Assembly: GCA_963751445.1 (NCBI GenBank)
Contig: CAVVUL010000013.1
Coordinates: forward strand, 5,552-69,551
Length of the DNA stretch: 64,000 bases
Origin: an uncultured Acidobacteriota bacterium
GTDB lineage: Bacteria; Acidobacteriota; Vicinamibacteria; Vicinamibacterales; SCN-69-37
Direction: 5' to 3'
In this document: positions 23,599 to 36,790 of the stretch, in pieces
Numbering within the stretch: the first letter of the stretch is position 1
Layout of the letters: the number at the start of each line of letters is the position of its first letter
Program-made: the position numbers and the translations under genes
The notes under the pieces: generated by a model
Databases searched by the model: none
Told to the model about the DNA's origin: nothing
What the model saw: the letters and a program-made list of their open reading frames with translations, nothing else

Positions 23599-24245
23599 AG
23601 TTCTTCGTCGATACCGGCAATCTGGACGACATCAAGCGGCTCGTGCCGCTCGGCATCGTCGACGGCGTCACCACGAATCCGTCGCTGATGGCGAAGGAGA
23701 AGGGCGATCCGGCCGAGATCATCCGCACGATCTGCCGCACCGTGCAGGGCCCGGTGAGCGCCGAGGTGATCGCCACCGACGCGGACGGCATGATCGCGGA
23801 AGGCAAAGCGCTGGCCGCCATCGATCCGCACGTGGTCGTCAAGGTGCCGTTCACCCCCGCCGGCGTGCGCGCGACCAAGGTGCTGGCCGAGGCCGGCCAT
23901 CGGGTGAACGTCACGCTGATCTTCTCGCCCACGCAGGCGCTGATTGCGGCCAAGGTCGGGGCGGCCTACATCAGCCCGTTCGTCGGGCGGCTGGACGACA
24001 TCGCGACGGACGGGATGGAGACCGTGCGGCAGATCATCGAGATCTACCGCAACTACGACTTCAACACCGAGGTGCTCGTGGCCAGCGTGCGGCATCCGAT
24101 GCACATCGTCGAGGCCGCGCGCATGGGCGCCGACGTGTGCACCTGCCCGCCGGCCGTGATCGAAGCCTGCTTCAAGCATCCGCTCACCGACATCGGGCTG
24201 GAGCGGTTCCTGAAGGACTGGAAGAAGGCGCAGGAGAGCCAGTAA
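23595..24245 (+). CDS. fsa: Transaldolase / fructose-6-phosphate aldolase (short type)
   Basis: MKFFVDT, GVTTNPSL, VVKVP, NVTLIFS, YISPFVGRLDD, ASVRHP, HPLTDIG. Confidence 0.9.
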   Translation: MKFFVDTGNLDDIKRLVPLGIVDGVTTNPSLMAKEKGDPAEIIRTICRTVQGPVSAEVIATDADGMIAEGKALAAIDPHVVVKVPFTPAGVRATKVLAEAGHRVNVTLIFSPTQALIAAKVGAAYISPFVGRLDDIATDGMETVRQIIEIYRNYDFNTEVLVASVRHPMHIVEAARMGADVCTCPPAVIEACFKHPLTDIGLERFLKDWKKAQESQ

Positions 24246-24287
24246 GAGGCCGGCTGACTTCTGACGTGCCCAAGGTAAGCTGAAGGC

Positions 24288-27200
24288 GTGGCAGAGTCGC
24301 CCCAAGAGCCCGGCGAAACCGGGCGACCCGGGCCGGAGGCGTCGGCGCCGTCCGCCGGCGCGGCCGCGCGCCCGCGCGGGCGCAAACGGCGGGCGGTTCG
24401 GCGTTGGACCCGGCGACTCGTGGTGCTGGTCGCGGTCATCATCGCGACCGTCGTCGTCACCGTCTTCACGGTCGACATCGGCCGGATTTCGATTGGCGGC
24501 AAGTCCATCCGGACCGTGGCCGAATCCCAGGCCTCGAAGTTCCTCGAGCGCAAGATGCGTATCGGCGCGATCCGGGCCTACCTGACGCCCGGCAAGTTCG
24601 CGTTCGAGGACGTCGTGATCGAAGGCCCGACGTCCGACGCGCGGCCGTTCTTCAGCGCCAGACGCATCACCGTCGAGGTCCCGTGGTGGACGTTGTTCCG
24701 CAAGGACCGGGACCTGTATATCGACGTCCGCCTCTACGACTGGCGCATGGTCGTGGAGAAATGGCCTGATGGCCAGGCGCACCTGCCGAAGCTCACATCG
24801 AAGGGCCAGGGCGGCAAGTTTCCCGCGAAGATTCGCAGCCTCTCCGTCATCGGCAGCGGCGGCGAGTTCATCTACGACGATCACCTCACGCCGTGGCGCG
24901 TGACCGGCCCGAATCTCAAGTTCGCGCTGGTGCGCGCCAACAATCTGAACACCTACGTCGGCCAGGCGCAGTTCACCAAGGGCGCCGTGCAGATCCAGAA
25001 TTTCGAGCCGATGTCCGCCGACTTCAGCACCCGCTTTCAGGTGGACGGCGGCGTGGTCCGGCTGAAGCACATCGATCTGCTGACCGATGGGGCCGAGTCG
25101 CACATCAGCGGCTTCGTCAACTTCGGCCGGTGGCCCGAGCAGGAGTACCGCATCCAGTCGACGGTGGACTTCAACCGGATGCGCGAGTTGTTCTTCGCGA
25201 AGGCGACCTGGCGTCTGTCGGGCGAGGGCCGCTTCAACGGCGTGTTCAAGATCTTCAAGAACGGGTTCGACCTGAGCGGGCTCTTCCGGAGCGACGAGGC
25301 CGGGCTGGGCCTGGGCAATTCCGAATGGCGGTTCGTGAACCTCGACGGCGCGCTGCAGTGGGCGCCGGATCATTTCATCGTCAGCCGCGCGGATGCGGAG
25401 TTTCTCGGTGGCCGGATGCGGCTTGCGTATGGATTGAGCCCCTTCGGACAGCCCGGTGGCGCGACCGCGACGCTGACCGCTGACTATAGCGGTGTCGATC
25501 TGTACCGGTTCACGCGGCAATTCGGCTGGACCGCGCTGGAGCCGCAGGGATCGATGCGCGGTCAGGTGTCGATGGCGTGGCACAACGGCCAGTTCACCGA
25601 GACGCTGCAGGGACGCGGCGCGACGGTCGTGGCGCCGCCCGACGGCCAGTCCCTGGCGACGGCCGTGCTGCCGCCCGGGGCCGAGCCCGTGCCGGCCGAG
25701 CGCCCATTCCAGAAGTACCGGCCGTTCGGCGAGTTCGCGATCGGCGCCGACGCGGCCTACCGCTTCACCGGCTCGACGCTGGATTTCGATCCGGGCTGGG
25801 TGGCGACGCCGACGACGTTCGTGCGGTTTCAGGGGCACGCGCGCGGCGGGGACGTCAATGTGCCGTTCCACGTGACGAGCCACGACTGGCAGAATGGCGA
25901 TCGGCTGTTTTCGGCCATCATGTCCAACTTCGGCCATCCGACTGGCGCGATCGACGTCGGCGGCCGCGGCACGTTCGACGGCGCGCTGACGAAGGCCTTC
26001 AACGCCCCGCGGATCGACGGCCGCTTCGACGGCGACCTCATGCGGGCGTGGGGCGTCGTGTGGGGCGCCACGACCGGCCGGATTGTGATCGAGAACGGGT
26101 ACCTCGATCTGATCGACGGCCGCATTGCGACTCGCGACGGCGGCCGCGTCCTGACGTCGGGCCGGTACGCGCTGGGGTTCCCGCGCGCCGACCACGGCGA
26201 GGAAATCCACGCGACGATCCACGCGGAACAGATGCCGATGCAGGCGCTCCGCACCGCGTTCGACCTCGAGGACTGGCCCGTGGACGGCACGCTGGCTGAG
26301 GCCAATCTCGAGCTGACCGGTGCGTACGAGAAGCCGGCAGGCCGGGGCACGATGCGCATCGAGAACGGCACCGCGTGGAAGGAGCCGTTCAACGCCGTCG
26401 GCGGTGAACTGCTGTTCGACGGTGACGGGTCCGTCAGGATGCACGGCATCACGTTGGTGAAGGGCGCCGGCGCCGCCGGCGGCACCGTGACGGGCACCGC
26501 GCATCTCAGCTGGGCCGAGAAGTCATTTTCCGTCGATGCCGCCAGCGAGGGGCTGCCCGTCGAGGAAATCGCGGCCTTCCGGTTCGAGGGCACGCCGTTG
26601 CACGGCATGCTCCGCGGTTTCAAGGCCAGAGGGTCAGGCAGTTTCGATCGTCCCGTCTGGGACGTGGAAGGCTACGTGCCCGACCTGTACATCGCCGACG
26701 AAGGCATCGGCGTGTTGCGAGGGACGCTGACGCTCGAGAACAACGAGCTGACGATCAAGGAACTGGCCGCGGCCTCCGAACGCCTCGATGTCGGGTGCCA
26801 GGGGACGATCCAGCTGAACGCGGTGTACGACGCGAAGGTGAACTGCCGGTTCGCGAAGACCTCGCTCGATCCGTACTTCAAGTTCGTCGGGCGCGAACTG
26901 CCGCTCAACCAGGTGATTGCCTCGGGTTCGTTCAGCGTTGCCGGTCCGCTCAAGGACACGACCCGGCTCGCGGTCGATGCGCGCGTGGACGATGCGTCGC
27001 TGCGGTTCTCCGGCTACCTCCTGGAGATCGACAAGGGCGAGAAGGGCGACAGCCCGCTGCAGTTGGCGTTTCGCGAGAATGCGTTCAGGCTCGTGCGCGT
27101 GAGGTTCCAGGGGAAGGACACGAGCCTCGACCTGTCCGGCACCGCCGATCTGACCGCCAGAGCCTTCGACGTGACGGCGAGGGGACAGGCCAGCCTCGGG

Positions 27201-28506
27201 GTCCTCCAGGCGTTCTATCCAACCCTGACCGCCTCCGGCAGCGCGACGCTCGGGGCGCGCCTGACCGGCAGTTTCGACAAGCCTGAATTGACGGGCCGCG
27301 CGGACATCACCGACGGGAAGTTGCGCCCGGAGGCCATGCCGCAGGGACTCAGCGAGATCAACGGGCCCATCACGTTCGCCGCCGGACGCATTTCGGTGGA
27401 CGGGTTGCAGGCGGTTCTGGGCGAAGGGCCTGTGTTCTTCACGGGCGGGATCGTCCTGGACGGCTATCGTCCGGACCAGTTCGATCTGCATGCGAAGGGG
27501 GAGTCCCTGCACCTGCGGTATCCCGATGGCCTGCAATCGACGGTCATCGCCGGATCTGGACCTGATCGGGCCGGTCACGTCTCCGACCCTCTCCGGGACC
27601 GTGGACGTCCTGCGCGCGTCGTACTCGCTCCGGTTCCAGCCGGAGAAGGGCTATTTCAGCTTGTTCGGCGGCGGTGGGGCCGATACCGGCGGCGGAGACT
27701 TCGCCGTTGCGCCCGCGCCGTCGGCGATTCCCCTGGCGCTCGCGATCAGGATTCGCGCACCGATTACGCAGTTCGTCGAAAACAAAGCGGCCAGTGCCAA
27801 GATCTACGCGAGCGCGGACGTGTTCGTCTCCGGGACCATCGATCGCCCGGTGATCACGGGGCGCGTCAACGTGCCGCAGGGCGAATGGATCTTCAGCGGC
27901 AACCGCTATCACGTCCTGAGCGCGTCCATCGACTTCAGCAATCCGCTCAAGTTCGACCCGTTCTTCGATCTCACCGCGGAGGTTCGCGCCCGGACGCCGG
28001 GCCAGACCTACCAGATCACCGTTCGCATTACGGGCACGATCGACAAGCTGAACCTCGGGTTGAATGCGGAGCCGTGGCTGTCGGAGTTCCAGATCATGTC
28101 GCTGCTGCTGGGCGAGACGCCGGACGTCGGCACGGCCGAACTGCGCGCCCTGGGGTCACCGCAGGAACTTCAGGCCCAGGCGATGCGGACGGCCGGCGCG
28201 GCCATTCTGACCAGTCCGGTCACGGCCACCGTCGGCAGCGCCGTCCAGAAGGCCACGACGATCACCGCGCAAGTGGTGCCGATCCTCGGTAACGAAGCCC
28301 AGCAGCTCAACCCGACCGCCCGCCTCATTCTCGGCCGGCGGATCTCGGAACGCGTCTACCTCACCTACGCGCGCACGCTCACCGGCGCGCAGAACGAGAT
28401 CATCCTGGTCGAATTCGATCAGAACGACCAGGTGTCCTGGGTGCTGTCGCGGAACGAGGACCGTTCGTTCGCGCTCGATTTCAGGCTGCGGTACGTGTTC
28501 CGATGA
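24288..28506 (+). CDS. TamB/AsmA-like translocation and assembly module protein (frameshift near 27550)
   Basis: N-terminal TM anchor, about 1400 aa of beta-taco-like repeats, DUF490-like C-terminus; adjacent to an Omp85 gene. Confidence 0.82.
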
Positions 28507-31491
28507 AGCCAGGCCTGACCCGCATCGCCGGCATCGCCATCGCCCTGTGCCTTTGGGCCGCCCCGGCGCGCGCCCAGGACGCGATCGATCGCCTGATCGG
28601 CCGGCCCATCGTGGCCGTGGAACTCCGCGTGGAGGGACGTGCCGAGACCGCGCCCCCGCTGCTCCAACTGATCGATGTGCGCCCGGGTGACCGCCTGAGC
28701 CCGGAGGCCTGGCGCCGTGTGACCCAACGGTTCGATCAGGTGCCCCGGTTCGAAGGGATCAGCGTCCAGGTCGACCCACGGCCCGACGGGGTCGTGCTCA
28801 TCTTCGACTTGATGCCGAAGCATCCCGTCGACGCGTTTCAGTTCTCGGGGACGACCGGAGTGCCGGCGAACGAACTGGACCGTCAGGTGCGTGAGCAATT
28901 CAACGGCATGCCGCAACTGGCGCGCCTCGACGGACGTGGAAGACGCCGTGCGGCGAATCCTCAAGGAAGAGGGATACCTGTCGACGTCGGCGACGGCCCG
29001 CGTCGTGCCGTACCACGATCCCGATCGCGCGACCATGGTGGTGACGGTCGACGCCGGCCCGCGCACGGTCATCGCCGCGGCGGAGATCAAGGGGCAGTCT
29101 CCGCTCGATCCGGCCCGGACGCTCGCCCGGCTCGGCGTGACGCCGGGGTCGCCGTTCCGCGAGCGCGCGCTGGCCGCGGGCCTGGCGCAGATTCGCGATG
29201 AACTGCGCGCGAAGCAGTTTTATGCCGCCATCGCGCAGTATCAGCGGCCGACGCTCAGCCCGGATGGCACCCGCGCGTCGCTCATCATCACGATCGACGC
29301 CGGCCCGGTCGTGGAGCTCCACGTGAACGGGGAGTTGCCGGGGCGCGTGGACGACTTCATTCCCATCAAACGACAGAGCTCGGTGGATGCCGATTTGCTG
29401 GATGACGCGCGCGCCGCGATCGTCGCCGGCCTCCAGCGTCAGGGCTATTGGCGCGCCAGGGCGTCCTACGCGGAAACGCGCCCGTCTCCCGATCGGCTCC
29501 TCATCACCTTCACCGTCGATCGTGGCAAGCGGTATCGCGTCGCGCAACTCGACCTGCCTCCGGGCCTGCAGGTGAGCCCCGCGGAGTTCGAGGCCCAGAA
29601 GGCGCTGAAGCCGGGGGAATGGTTTGACGAGAAGGCCGTGGAATCGGCGCTCTCGGTCATCAAGCGCACCTATCAGGCGCGCGGGTTCCACCGCGTCGAC
29701 ATGACGAAGCCCGGCTACAAGGAGGGCGACGGGCCCAATGCGCAGGAAGGCGTGATTGTCATCCACCCCAACATCACGGAGGGCCCGAAGGCCGTGGTGA
29801 CGGCGATCACCTTCGATATGGACCCGCAGCCCGTCGTGACGGAAGCCGTGCTGCGGAACCTGATGCAGTCCAAGGAGCAGAAGCCGCCCGCGCCCTACAG
29901 CCTGGCCAGCCTGGCCGTCGATTCGCAGCTCCTGCCGGCGTACTACGAGAGCCAGGGATTCTTCGCGCGGTCGGTGACCGTCACCCCCGAGTTCAACGCC
30001 GCCGGCACCGAGGTGAAGCTGAGGGTGTTCGTACGCGAAGGGCCCCAGCTCCTCGTGGGCGAGATCCTCGTCGTCGGCAACGAGAAAGTGTCGGCCCGGA
30101 CGATTCTCGACGAAATCAAGCTCGCAGTCGGGTCATCCTACAGCGAAATTGCGCGCGTGGAGAGCCAGCGGGCGCTCTACAACCTCTCGAGCTTCCGCAC
30201 CGTCCGGATCGCGAAAGACGAACCGCTGCCGGGTGAAACGACGGTTCGGGTCGTGATCTCCGTCGAAGAAGCGGACACGAAGAGCTACGAGATCGGCGGC
30301 GGTCTCGAAGGCGGCACGCATCCGCGAGCCGTGGAGGGCGGCGGCGTGGAAGATCGCGTGGAGTTTGCACCACGGGCGTTCGTCGGCTTCGGCCGGCGCA
30401 ACCTGGGCGGCCGAAACCGCACGCTGAACGGGTTCGCGCGGATCAGCCTCAGGCCGAAGAACGCGCCCGGTGACCCCACGCAGGACGGCCAGGGGCTCGG
30501 CAGCCCGGACTACCGGGTCACGACCGCGTACCGTGAGCACTACGCATTCAATTCCGCGTCGGACCTGCTGCTGACCGCGACGGCCGAGCAGGCGCTTCGC
30601 ACCAACTACAACTTCATCCGCCGCGTGGCCTCGGCTGATTTCCTCCGGCCGGTGTCGCCCCATCTGACCGCGCTGGGCCGCTATTCGATCGAATGGACGA
30701 AGCTGTTCGACGAGGTCATCCCGCCCGAAGATCAGCCGCTCATCGACCGCCTGTTCCCGCAAGTGCGCATTTCGATGTTCTCCGGCGGCGTGGTGTGGGA
30801 TCGCCGTGACGATCCGCTGTACACCACGCGCGGCGGGCAGGTGAGTGCCAACCTGGATCTCGCGCTGGAGAAGCTGGGATCCGAGGTGGGCTTCGTCAAG
30901 TCGTTCACGCAGGCGGCCTACTTCATTCCGCTTGCCGGGAAGCGGCTCGTCTTCGGCGGCCGGGCGCAGTTCGGGATTGCCCGTGGGTTCGAACACGAGG
31001 TGCCCCTCGAAGACGCCAACGGCAACCCGGTGCTGGGCCCGGGCGGCAATCAACTCACCGCCGTCGTCGAGGATCTCCCGGCCAGCCAGCGGCTCTTCGC
31101 CGGCGGCAGTACCTCGCAACGGGCCTTCCAGCTCGACCGTCTGGGCGTGCCAGACATCCCCGGGGTCAAGGGCGTCTTAACACCAGACGGGTTGTCGAAC
31201 GGCGGCAACGGGTTGATGGTGTTCAACGCCGAGCTGCGCGCGTTGGTGGCGAGGCCGTTCAATCGGGATTTGTCGGTGGTGGGCTTCGTGGACAGCGGCA
31301 ACGTGTTCCGGCGGGCCAGCGATATTGACGTGACCCGGCTGCGCACCGGCGTCGGATTCGGCGTGCGGTGGGACTCGCCGGTCGGCCCGCTGCGGCTCGA
31401 TTTCGGATTCAAGACGGATCGGCTGCTCGTGTTCACCGGCGGTCCGGAACGTCGATGGGAGTTTCACCTGAGCATCGGGGAGGTGTTCTGA
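28503..31491 (+). CDS. Omp85 family (BamA/TamA-like) protein with multiple POTRA domains (frameshift near 28925)
   Basis: Signal peptide, repeated POTRA motifs, barrel motifs DRRDD, AGGSTSQRAF, FVDSGNV, SPVGPLRLDFG, terminal F. Confidence 0.88.
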
Positions 31492-32036
31492 TGCGCGGTC
31501 CAGTGGCTGGTGTGGTGTTCGGGGCGTGGATGCTCGCGGGCGTGGCGGGTGCGGCGCAGCAGGTCGAGGTGGATCGCACGCTGCAGCGCGTGAACGGCAC
31601 GCCGATCATGGCGTCGGACGTCCGGGAAGCGCGCCTGCTCAAGCTGGTGCCGGAAGCGGCCGCGGGCGACGAGGCCGTGCAGCGGGCGTTGGAGAATCGC
31701 GTGCTGATGCTCGGCGAAGTGTCGCGCACGACGCCGGCTGTGCCCGGCGGCGACGCCATCGCGGCGCGCCGGCGGGTCTGGACCGCTTCGTGGCCGCCCG
31801 GCACCGACCTGCCCGCGCTCATGACGCGCGTCGGCACGACCGATCAGGCGCTGGATGGCTGGTTCAGGGACGATCTGCTGATCGCGGCCTATCTCAATCA
31901 GCGGTTCGGGGCGCAAGCCGACGCCGCCCGCGCGGCCCGCATCGCGGAGTGGATCGCCGAGATGCGCAAGCGGGCGAATCTAGCGGGGAAGACCGCCCAG
32001 CAGTTCCTCGTACACCGCAATCTGCCGATCGACTAA
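31491..32036 (+). CDS. Secreted protein resembling SurA N-terminal domain
   Basis: Signal peptide then VDRTLQRVNGTPIMASDV and C-terminal WIAEMRKRA, resembling SurA/PpiD ends; no PPIase domain seen. Confidence 0.5.
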   Translation: MRGPVAGVVFGAWMLAGVAGAAQQVEVDRTLQRVNGTPIMASDVREARLLKLVPEAAAGDEAVQRALENRVLMLGEVSRTTPAVPGGDAIAARRRVWTASWPPGTDLPALMTRVGTTDQALDGWFRDDLLIAAYLNQRFGAQADAARAARIAEWIAEMRKRANLAGKTAQQFLVHRNLPID

Positions 32037-33260
32037 CTGTTCCCACGAGAACTCGCGCTCGACGATGTCGCGGCTGCGCGCGCCCAGGTCGGACAGGCGC
32101 GCGCGGGCCTGGAGCGCTTCACGGATCGCCCCGGCCAGCGCCGGCGCATCGCCAGGTTCCACCAGCCAGCCGTTGACGCCCGGCCGCACCTTGTCGGGCA
32201 GGCCGCCGGCGCGGGTGGCGATGACGGGCTTGCGGTGCGCCATCGCTTCGAGCGTCACCAGCGAACTGCCTTCATACAACGTGGGATGCACGAAGATGGA
32301 CGCCGCCTCGTACCAGCGCGTGCAGGTCGGCATCGTCCACACGTCCCGCCATGATGACGTGCGTCGCGATGCCGGCGCGCGCGATCGCCGCGTCAATCTC
32401 CGCCTGGGCCGGGCCGGCGCCGACGATGACCCAGCGCCAGGGCAGGCGAGCGAGCGGGCCGGTCGCCGGCCGCCAACTGGCCGAGCGCGGCCGCCAGCAC
32501 GTCGAATCCCTTGTTCCGTTCGAGCCGGCCGGCGCTCACGAGCACGAAGTCCTCGGCGCCGATGCCGTGCGCCTGTCGCGTGCGCGCGCCGTCCGCGGGT
32601 CCGGCGAGCGCCGCGGCGGCGGCGAGGTCGATCCCGTTCGGGATCGTGCGCATCCGGCCAGGCGCCAGGTGGAGATGGCGCTGGACCGTGGCTTCGAGCG
32701 ATCGGTCCGTCGCGATGACGCAGTCGGCCGCGCGCGCGCATCGGCGGACGGCCCAGCGCAGCGGCGTGTAGCCTACGCGCTTCAGCAGGGGCTGGGAGGC
32801 GAGCGTCGCGCCGAACTCCTCGAGGCCCTGCGGGTTGAACACGAGCGGCGCCGGCCGCGGCGCCGGCCATCGCGCGTAGCCGAGCACGGCGGCGCCGAAG
32901 CCGTGCACGATATCCGCTTCGCCGGCGGCCGCCAGCTCGCCGGCCACGCGGCCGGCGCGGGCGCCGAACAGCAGGTACGACGTGCTGCGATCGAGGATCG
33001 TCGTCCCGCGCCGGTTCGCGAACGGGAACGTGGGGTAGGGCACATGACGCAGGCGGATGCGCGGCGAGGCGAGCGCGCCGAGGCCGGCACCCGACGCCGC
33101 CGCTCGTGGCGGCGGCGTGATGAGCGTGACGGCGACCTGACGCGCCGCCAGGTGCCGCACGAGGTCGGCGACGGATCGCTCGAGACCGCCCAGCGCCGTG
33201 CAGCGGCGCGACCGCCCGGGCCACCACCGCGACACGGAGCGCACGCGCGTCAGCCATCAC
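31980..33260 (-). CDS. Glycosyltransferase family 4 (frameshifted)
   Basis: GGLERSV, IPNGID, SAGRLERNKGF, PTLYEGSSLVTLEAMA, GGLPDKV. Confidence 0.85.
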   Translation of the reverse strand: MMADARALRVAVVARAVAPLHGAGRSRAIRRRPRAAPGGASGRRHAHHAAATSGGVGCRPRRARLAAHPPASCALPHVPVREPARDDDPRSQHVVPAVRRPRRPRGRRAGGRRRSGYRARLRRRRARLRAMAGAAAGAARVQPAGPRGVRRDARLPAPAEARRLHAAALGRPPMRARGRLRHRDGPIARSHGPAPSPPGAWPDAHDPERDRPRRRRGARRTRGRRAHATGARHRRRGLRARERRPARTEQGIRRAGGRARPVGGRRPARSLACPGAGSSSAPARPRRRLTRRSRAPASRRTSSWRDVWTMPTCTRWYEAASIFVHPTLYEGSSLVTLEAMAHRKPVIATRAGGLPDKVRPGVNGWLVEPGDAPALAGAIREALQARARLSDLGARSRDIVEREFSWEQLVDRQIAVYEELLGGLPR

Positions 33261-34539
33261 GCCGCCCGCGGGGACAGCAGCCCGCGATAGACCTGTTCGA
33301 CGCGCTCGACCACCGAAGACGCCGAGAACTTCGCGTGGGTTTCGATGCGGGCCTGCGCGCCGAGGGACGCGCGCAATCGCTCGTCCGTGAAGAGCGTGTG
33401 AAGGTCGCGTGAGAGGCCGGCCGCGTCAGCCGAGAGCAAGCCGGTCAGGCCCGGATGCACGATGTCGCGCGTGCCGCCCGTGTCCATCGCGGCGATCGGC
33501 ACGCCGAGCGCGGAGGCTTCGATCAGCACGCGGCTGAGCGATTCGGGCCCGTAGGACGGAAACGCCAGCACGCCGGCGTGTCGCATCCAGGCGAGCGTGT
33601 CGTCGCGCGTCAGCCAGCCGAGCATCCGCACGTCCATGCCGCGCTGCCGCGCCTCGGCCTCGAAGGCCGCGCGCAGCGGGCCGTCGCCGGCGATGACCAG
33701 CGGCCAGGTGAGGCCGGCGTCGGCGCAGGCCTGCAGCAGAAACTGCACGCCTTTGTTCGTGGCGAGCTTCCCGACGTAGAGCGCGTAGGGATCCGCATGC
33801 GGTCTCGGCGCGTGCCGGTACACCTCGTCGAGGCGCGGTCATGTCCACGGGATTCGGAATCGTGTAGAGCGGCGTCTGCGCCAGTTCGGGCGCGCGCTCT
33901 TTCAGATCGCGGGTGATGGCGTGACTCGGCGCGATGATCGCGCCGGCCGCGCGCCAGCGTCGTGCGCTTCGTCTTCAGGTTCGTGAGCATGTACGGGAAT
34001 CAGCGACCAGGCCGCGGCGCCGGCGGCGCCGGCGCGCGGCTTGATGCAGCGCGTCATCATGCTCGCCGAGCAGGCCGGGCACAGCTCCGGCTGCGACGGG
34101 TCGTAGATCAGAATCGGACCAGTAGCAGACGGGCCAGTAGTCGCGGACGGTGGCGACCGACGGGACGCCCGCCTCGCTCGCGGCGTTGATCGCCGGCACG
34201 ATCGTCATGCGCGTGCTGGCCGTGGACGAGGTCGAAACGGCCGTCGGCGATGCCGGCCGGCCAGGAAGCGTCCGAGCGCGGACCAGAGGCGTTCGTTCTT
34301 CTCGACGTTGCGGATGAACGGGATGTTGCTGGCGCGGCTGCCGGTATTCCGTGACGCGCAGGCCCTCGACCGTCGTGTCCACCACGCGCCGTGGGCACGG
34401 TCGTGACGACCTTCACGACTTCCACGTGGTGCCCGAGGGCGACCAGTCCCCGCGCCAGTTCCAACGTGCTCCAGCCGCTGCCGCCGCACACCGGCGGGAA
34501 CGCGTCGGTGACGAGCAGCACGCGAAGGGGAGCGCTCAC
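33257..34539 (-). CDS. Glycosyltransferase family 4 (frameshifted)
   Basis: RVLLVTDAFPPVCGGSG N-terminus; VGKLATNKG, PSYGPESLSRVLIEA, GGTRDIV. Confidence 0.82.
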
Positions 34540-35700
34540 GCGGGTCACGATCTCCTGGAACCGCGCGTCGAGGGCGCGCGCAGTGCGCCTCCCAGCTGAA
34601 ATCGCGGACGACGCGCGCGCGCGCGGCCTCGCCCATGCGCCGGCGGACGCGCCGGGTCGGCCAGCGACACGAGGGCGCGTGTCGAGCCCTCGCGGATCAG
34701 CGGGATCGTACAGCACGCCCTCGCGGCCGTGGTCGACGAGCGCGGCTCAGGCGCGGGATGCGCGGGCGCGACCACGGGCAGCCCCGCGGCCATGTACTCG
34801 AAGATCTTCAGCGGCGACCAGTAGAAGCCCAGCTGCAACGGCGCGTGCCGGCCCGGATCGAACGGCGCGACGCCGATGTCGGCGCGTGCGCCAGCGCCGC
34901 GGGCATGCGCGCGTGCGGCAGCGCGCCCGTGAAATGCACGCCGTGGCACGCCGCGCGCCGCGGCCTCGGCGGCCGCGCGTTCCGGCCCGTCGCCGATGAA
35001 CACGCCGCCGAACCGCGTGTCGCCGGCCGCGTGCAGCCGCGCCAGCGCCGCGCGACAGGTGCGCCGCGCCGTGCCACGCGCGGAAGGCGCCGGCGAACAC
35101 GCACACGATCCGGCGCCGGGTCGCGCGTGAACGGCGCGGGCGCCGGCGGCGTCCGGCCGGAAGCGATCGACGTCGGCGCCCCATTCGACCTCGAGCACCG
35201 CGCGCGCGATCGACCCACGACGGAAGGATGTCGCGCCGACGGCGTGACGAACAGCGCGGTCAGCCGGCAGAGCCGATCGCGCCAGCGCCGCATGGGTTCG
35301 ACGAGCAGCGCGCGATCGAGGCGGCGCTTCGTCGATCCCGCGAAGTCGACGATCGGCGCGTTCACCTCGAGCACGGCGGGAATGCCGAGTCTCGCGCCGC
35401 CAGCATGCCCTCGCCGCCGAAGTTGTAGTAGCGCTCCATGATCGACTCGGCGCGCACCTCGCGCGCGAGCGCGGCGACCGCGCCGCCGCGCAGCCAGCGC
35501 AGCTGCGGGCGGCCCAGCGGCGGCGCCATCGCATGCCAGTGCACGCGCCCGGACGGCCAGGCGCCGCCCGGCTGCACGGCCACGTGGACGTCGTGTCCAG
35601 CGCCGCCAGGCCCGCGGCGACCGACTCGCACGTGGACGGATCCGCCGAGCGTGCCGGGCACGGTCTGGTCGAGCGCGGCGTAGAGGATCCAGCATCGCAT
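34536..35700 (-). CDS. Glycosyltransferase family 4 (heavily frameshifted; ends approximate)
   Basis: ILYAALDQTVPGTLGGSVHV, LEVNAP, FAGAFRAWHG, IGDGPER, WSPLKIFEYMAAGLPVV. Confidence 0.78.
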
Positions 35701-35731
35701 CGCGCGGGCCATGCTGACCTACCGGCGCGAT

Positions 35732-36790
35732 TCAAGCAAGCGGCGGGGGGCCGATCTTCCGGAACAGGGCGAAGAACGGGCCGGACTTCATCCGGCCGAA
35801 GCAGAGGACGTCGAGGTGCATGACCCACGACACGATCGTGAGCGCGCCGAAGACGAAACCGCCGCGGCCCACGCGGGCCTGCGCCGACCGCCGCGCCGCC
35901 CGCACGGCGTCCGCCGCGGTCGCTCCCGGCGCCGGCCCTGGCCGCCTGCCGGCGGGTCAGCCATTTCTCCGCCATCCGGACCAGCACGTTCTCGACGAAC
36001 GCGCCGATGATCGGCGTGTAGTACGTCACGCGTTCGATCCGGAATCCGCACTCGGCCGCCACGCGCGCGAGATCGTCGTGATCGGCCAGCGGATTCACGT
36101 GGTCCGACTTGCGCAGCCGTTCCTGCCCGAGGTCGAGGAGCCCCAGCCGCTCGCAGAACGCGGCGAACCGGTTGACCAGGCGCGTGCCGGCCGCGACCCA
36201 GCCGTTCTTGCGCACGTGCGTGTAGACGAACAGCGCGCCGTCGTCGCCGAGCACGCGGTTGGCTTCCTTCAGCAGTCGCGACCAGCGCCGGCCGCGACAG
36301 ATGCTCGAGCACATCGAGCGACCACGCCTTGCTGAACGACCCGTCGCGGATCGGCAGGCGCCGCAGGTCGCCGAGCAGCAGGTCGGACTTGGCGATGGTC
36401 TCGTGCGCGAAGTACGGCGCTGATGTCGATGCCCGTCAGGCGACGCGCCGGACGCCGCATTCCACGCGAGCGTGCGGCCGCTGCCGCATCCCAGGTCGAT
36501 GATGCGATCGGCCGGTCCCGGCTGCAGAAAGCGCGCGCAGCATGTCGTTGCGGATTTGGATCCGAGCAGCGGCGGCGGCGATGGCCTCATGGCGCGCGTC
36601 GGCGTGCAGGGCGTCGTCCAGGTACTTCGTCTGCTCCTGGAACGACGTCGCGCGGCCGCAGGTCGAGGTAGCCGGCATCGGCCGCGAACGTGCGCCCGCA
36701 CCCGTCGCAGCGATAGCCGCCCGCGGCGGCGGCGATGCGCCCGCCGCAGTCGGGGCACTGCACGACGTCCACGAGGCGGGGGGAAATCAT
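35732..36790 (-). CDS. Class I SAM methyltransferase with N-terminal Trm112-like Zn knuckle (frameshifted)
   Basis: CPDC..CDGC at the N-terminus, IIDLGCGSG, DVLEHL, EANRVL. Confidence 0.75.

Noticed and set aside
23523-26504. Long antisense or alternate-frame ORFs (also 9673..11913, 15003..16688, 34545..36956, 47089..48777)
   Set aside because: These are shadow ORFs typical of high-GC DNA, overlapping well-supported genes, or chimeras of frameshifted fragments.
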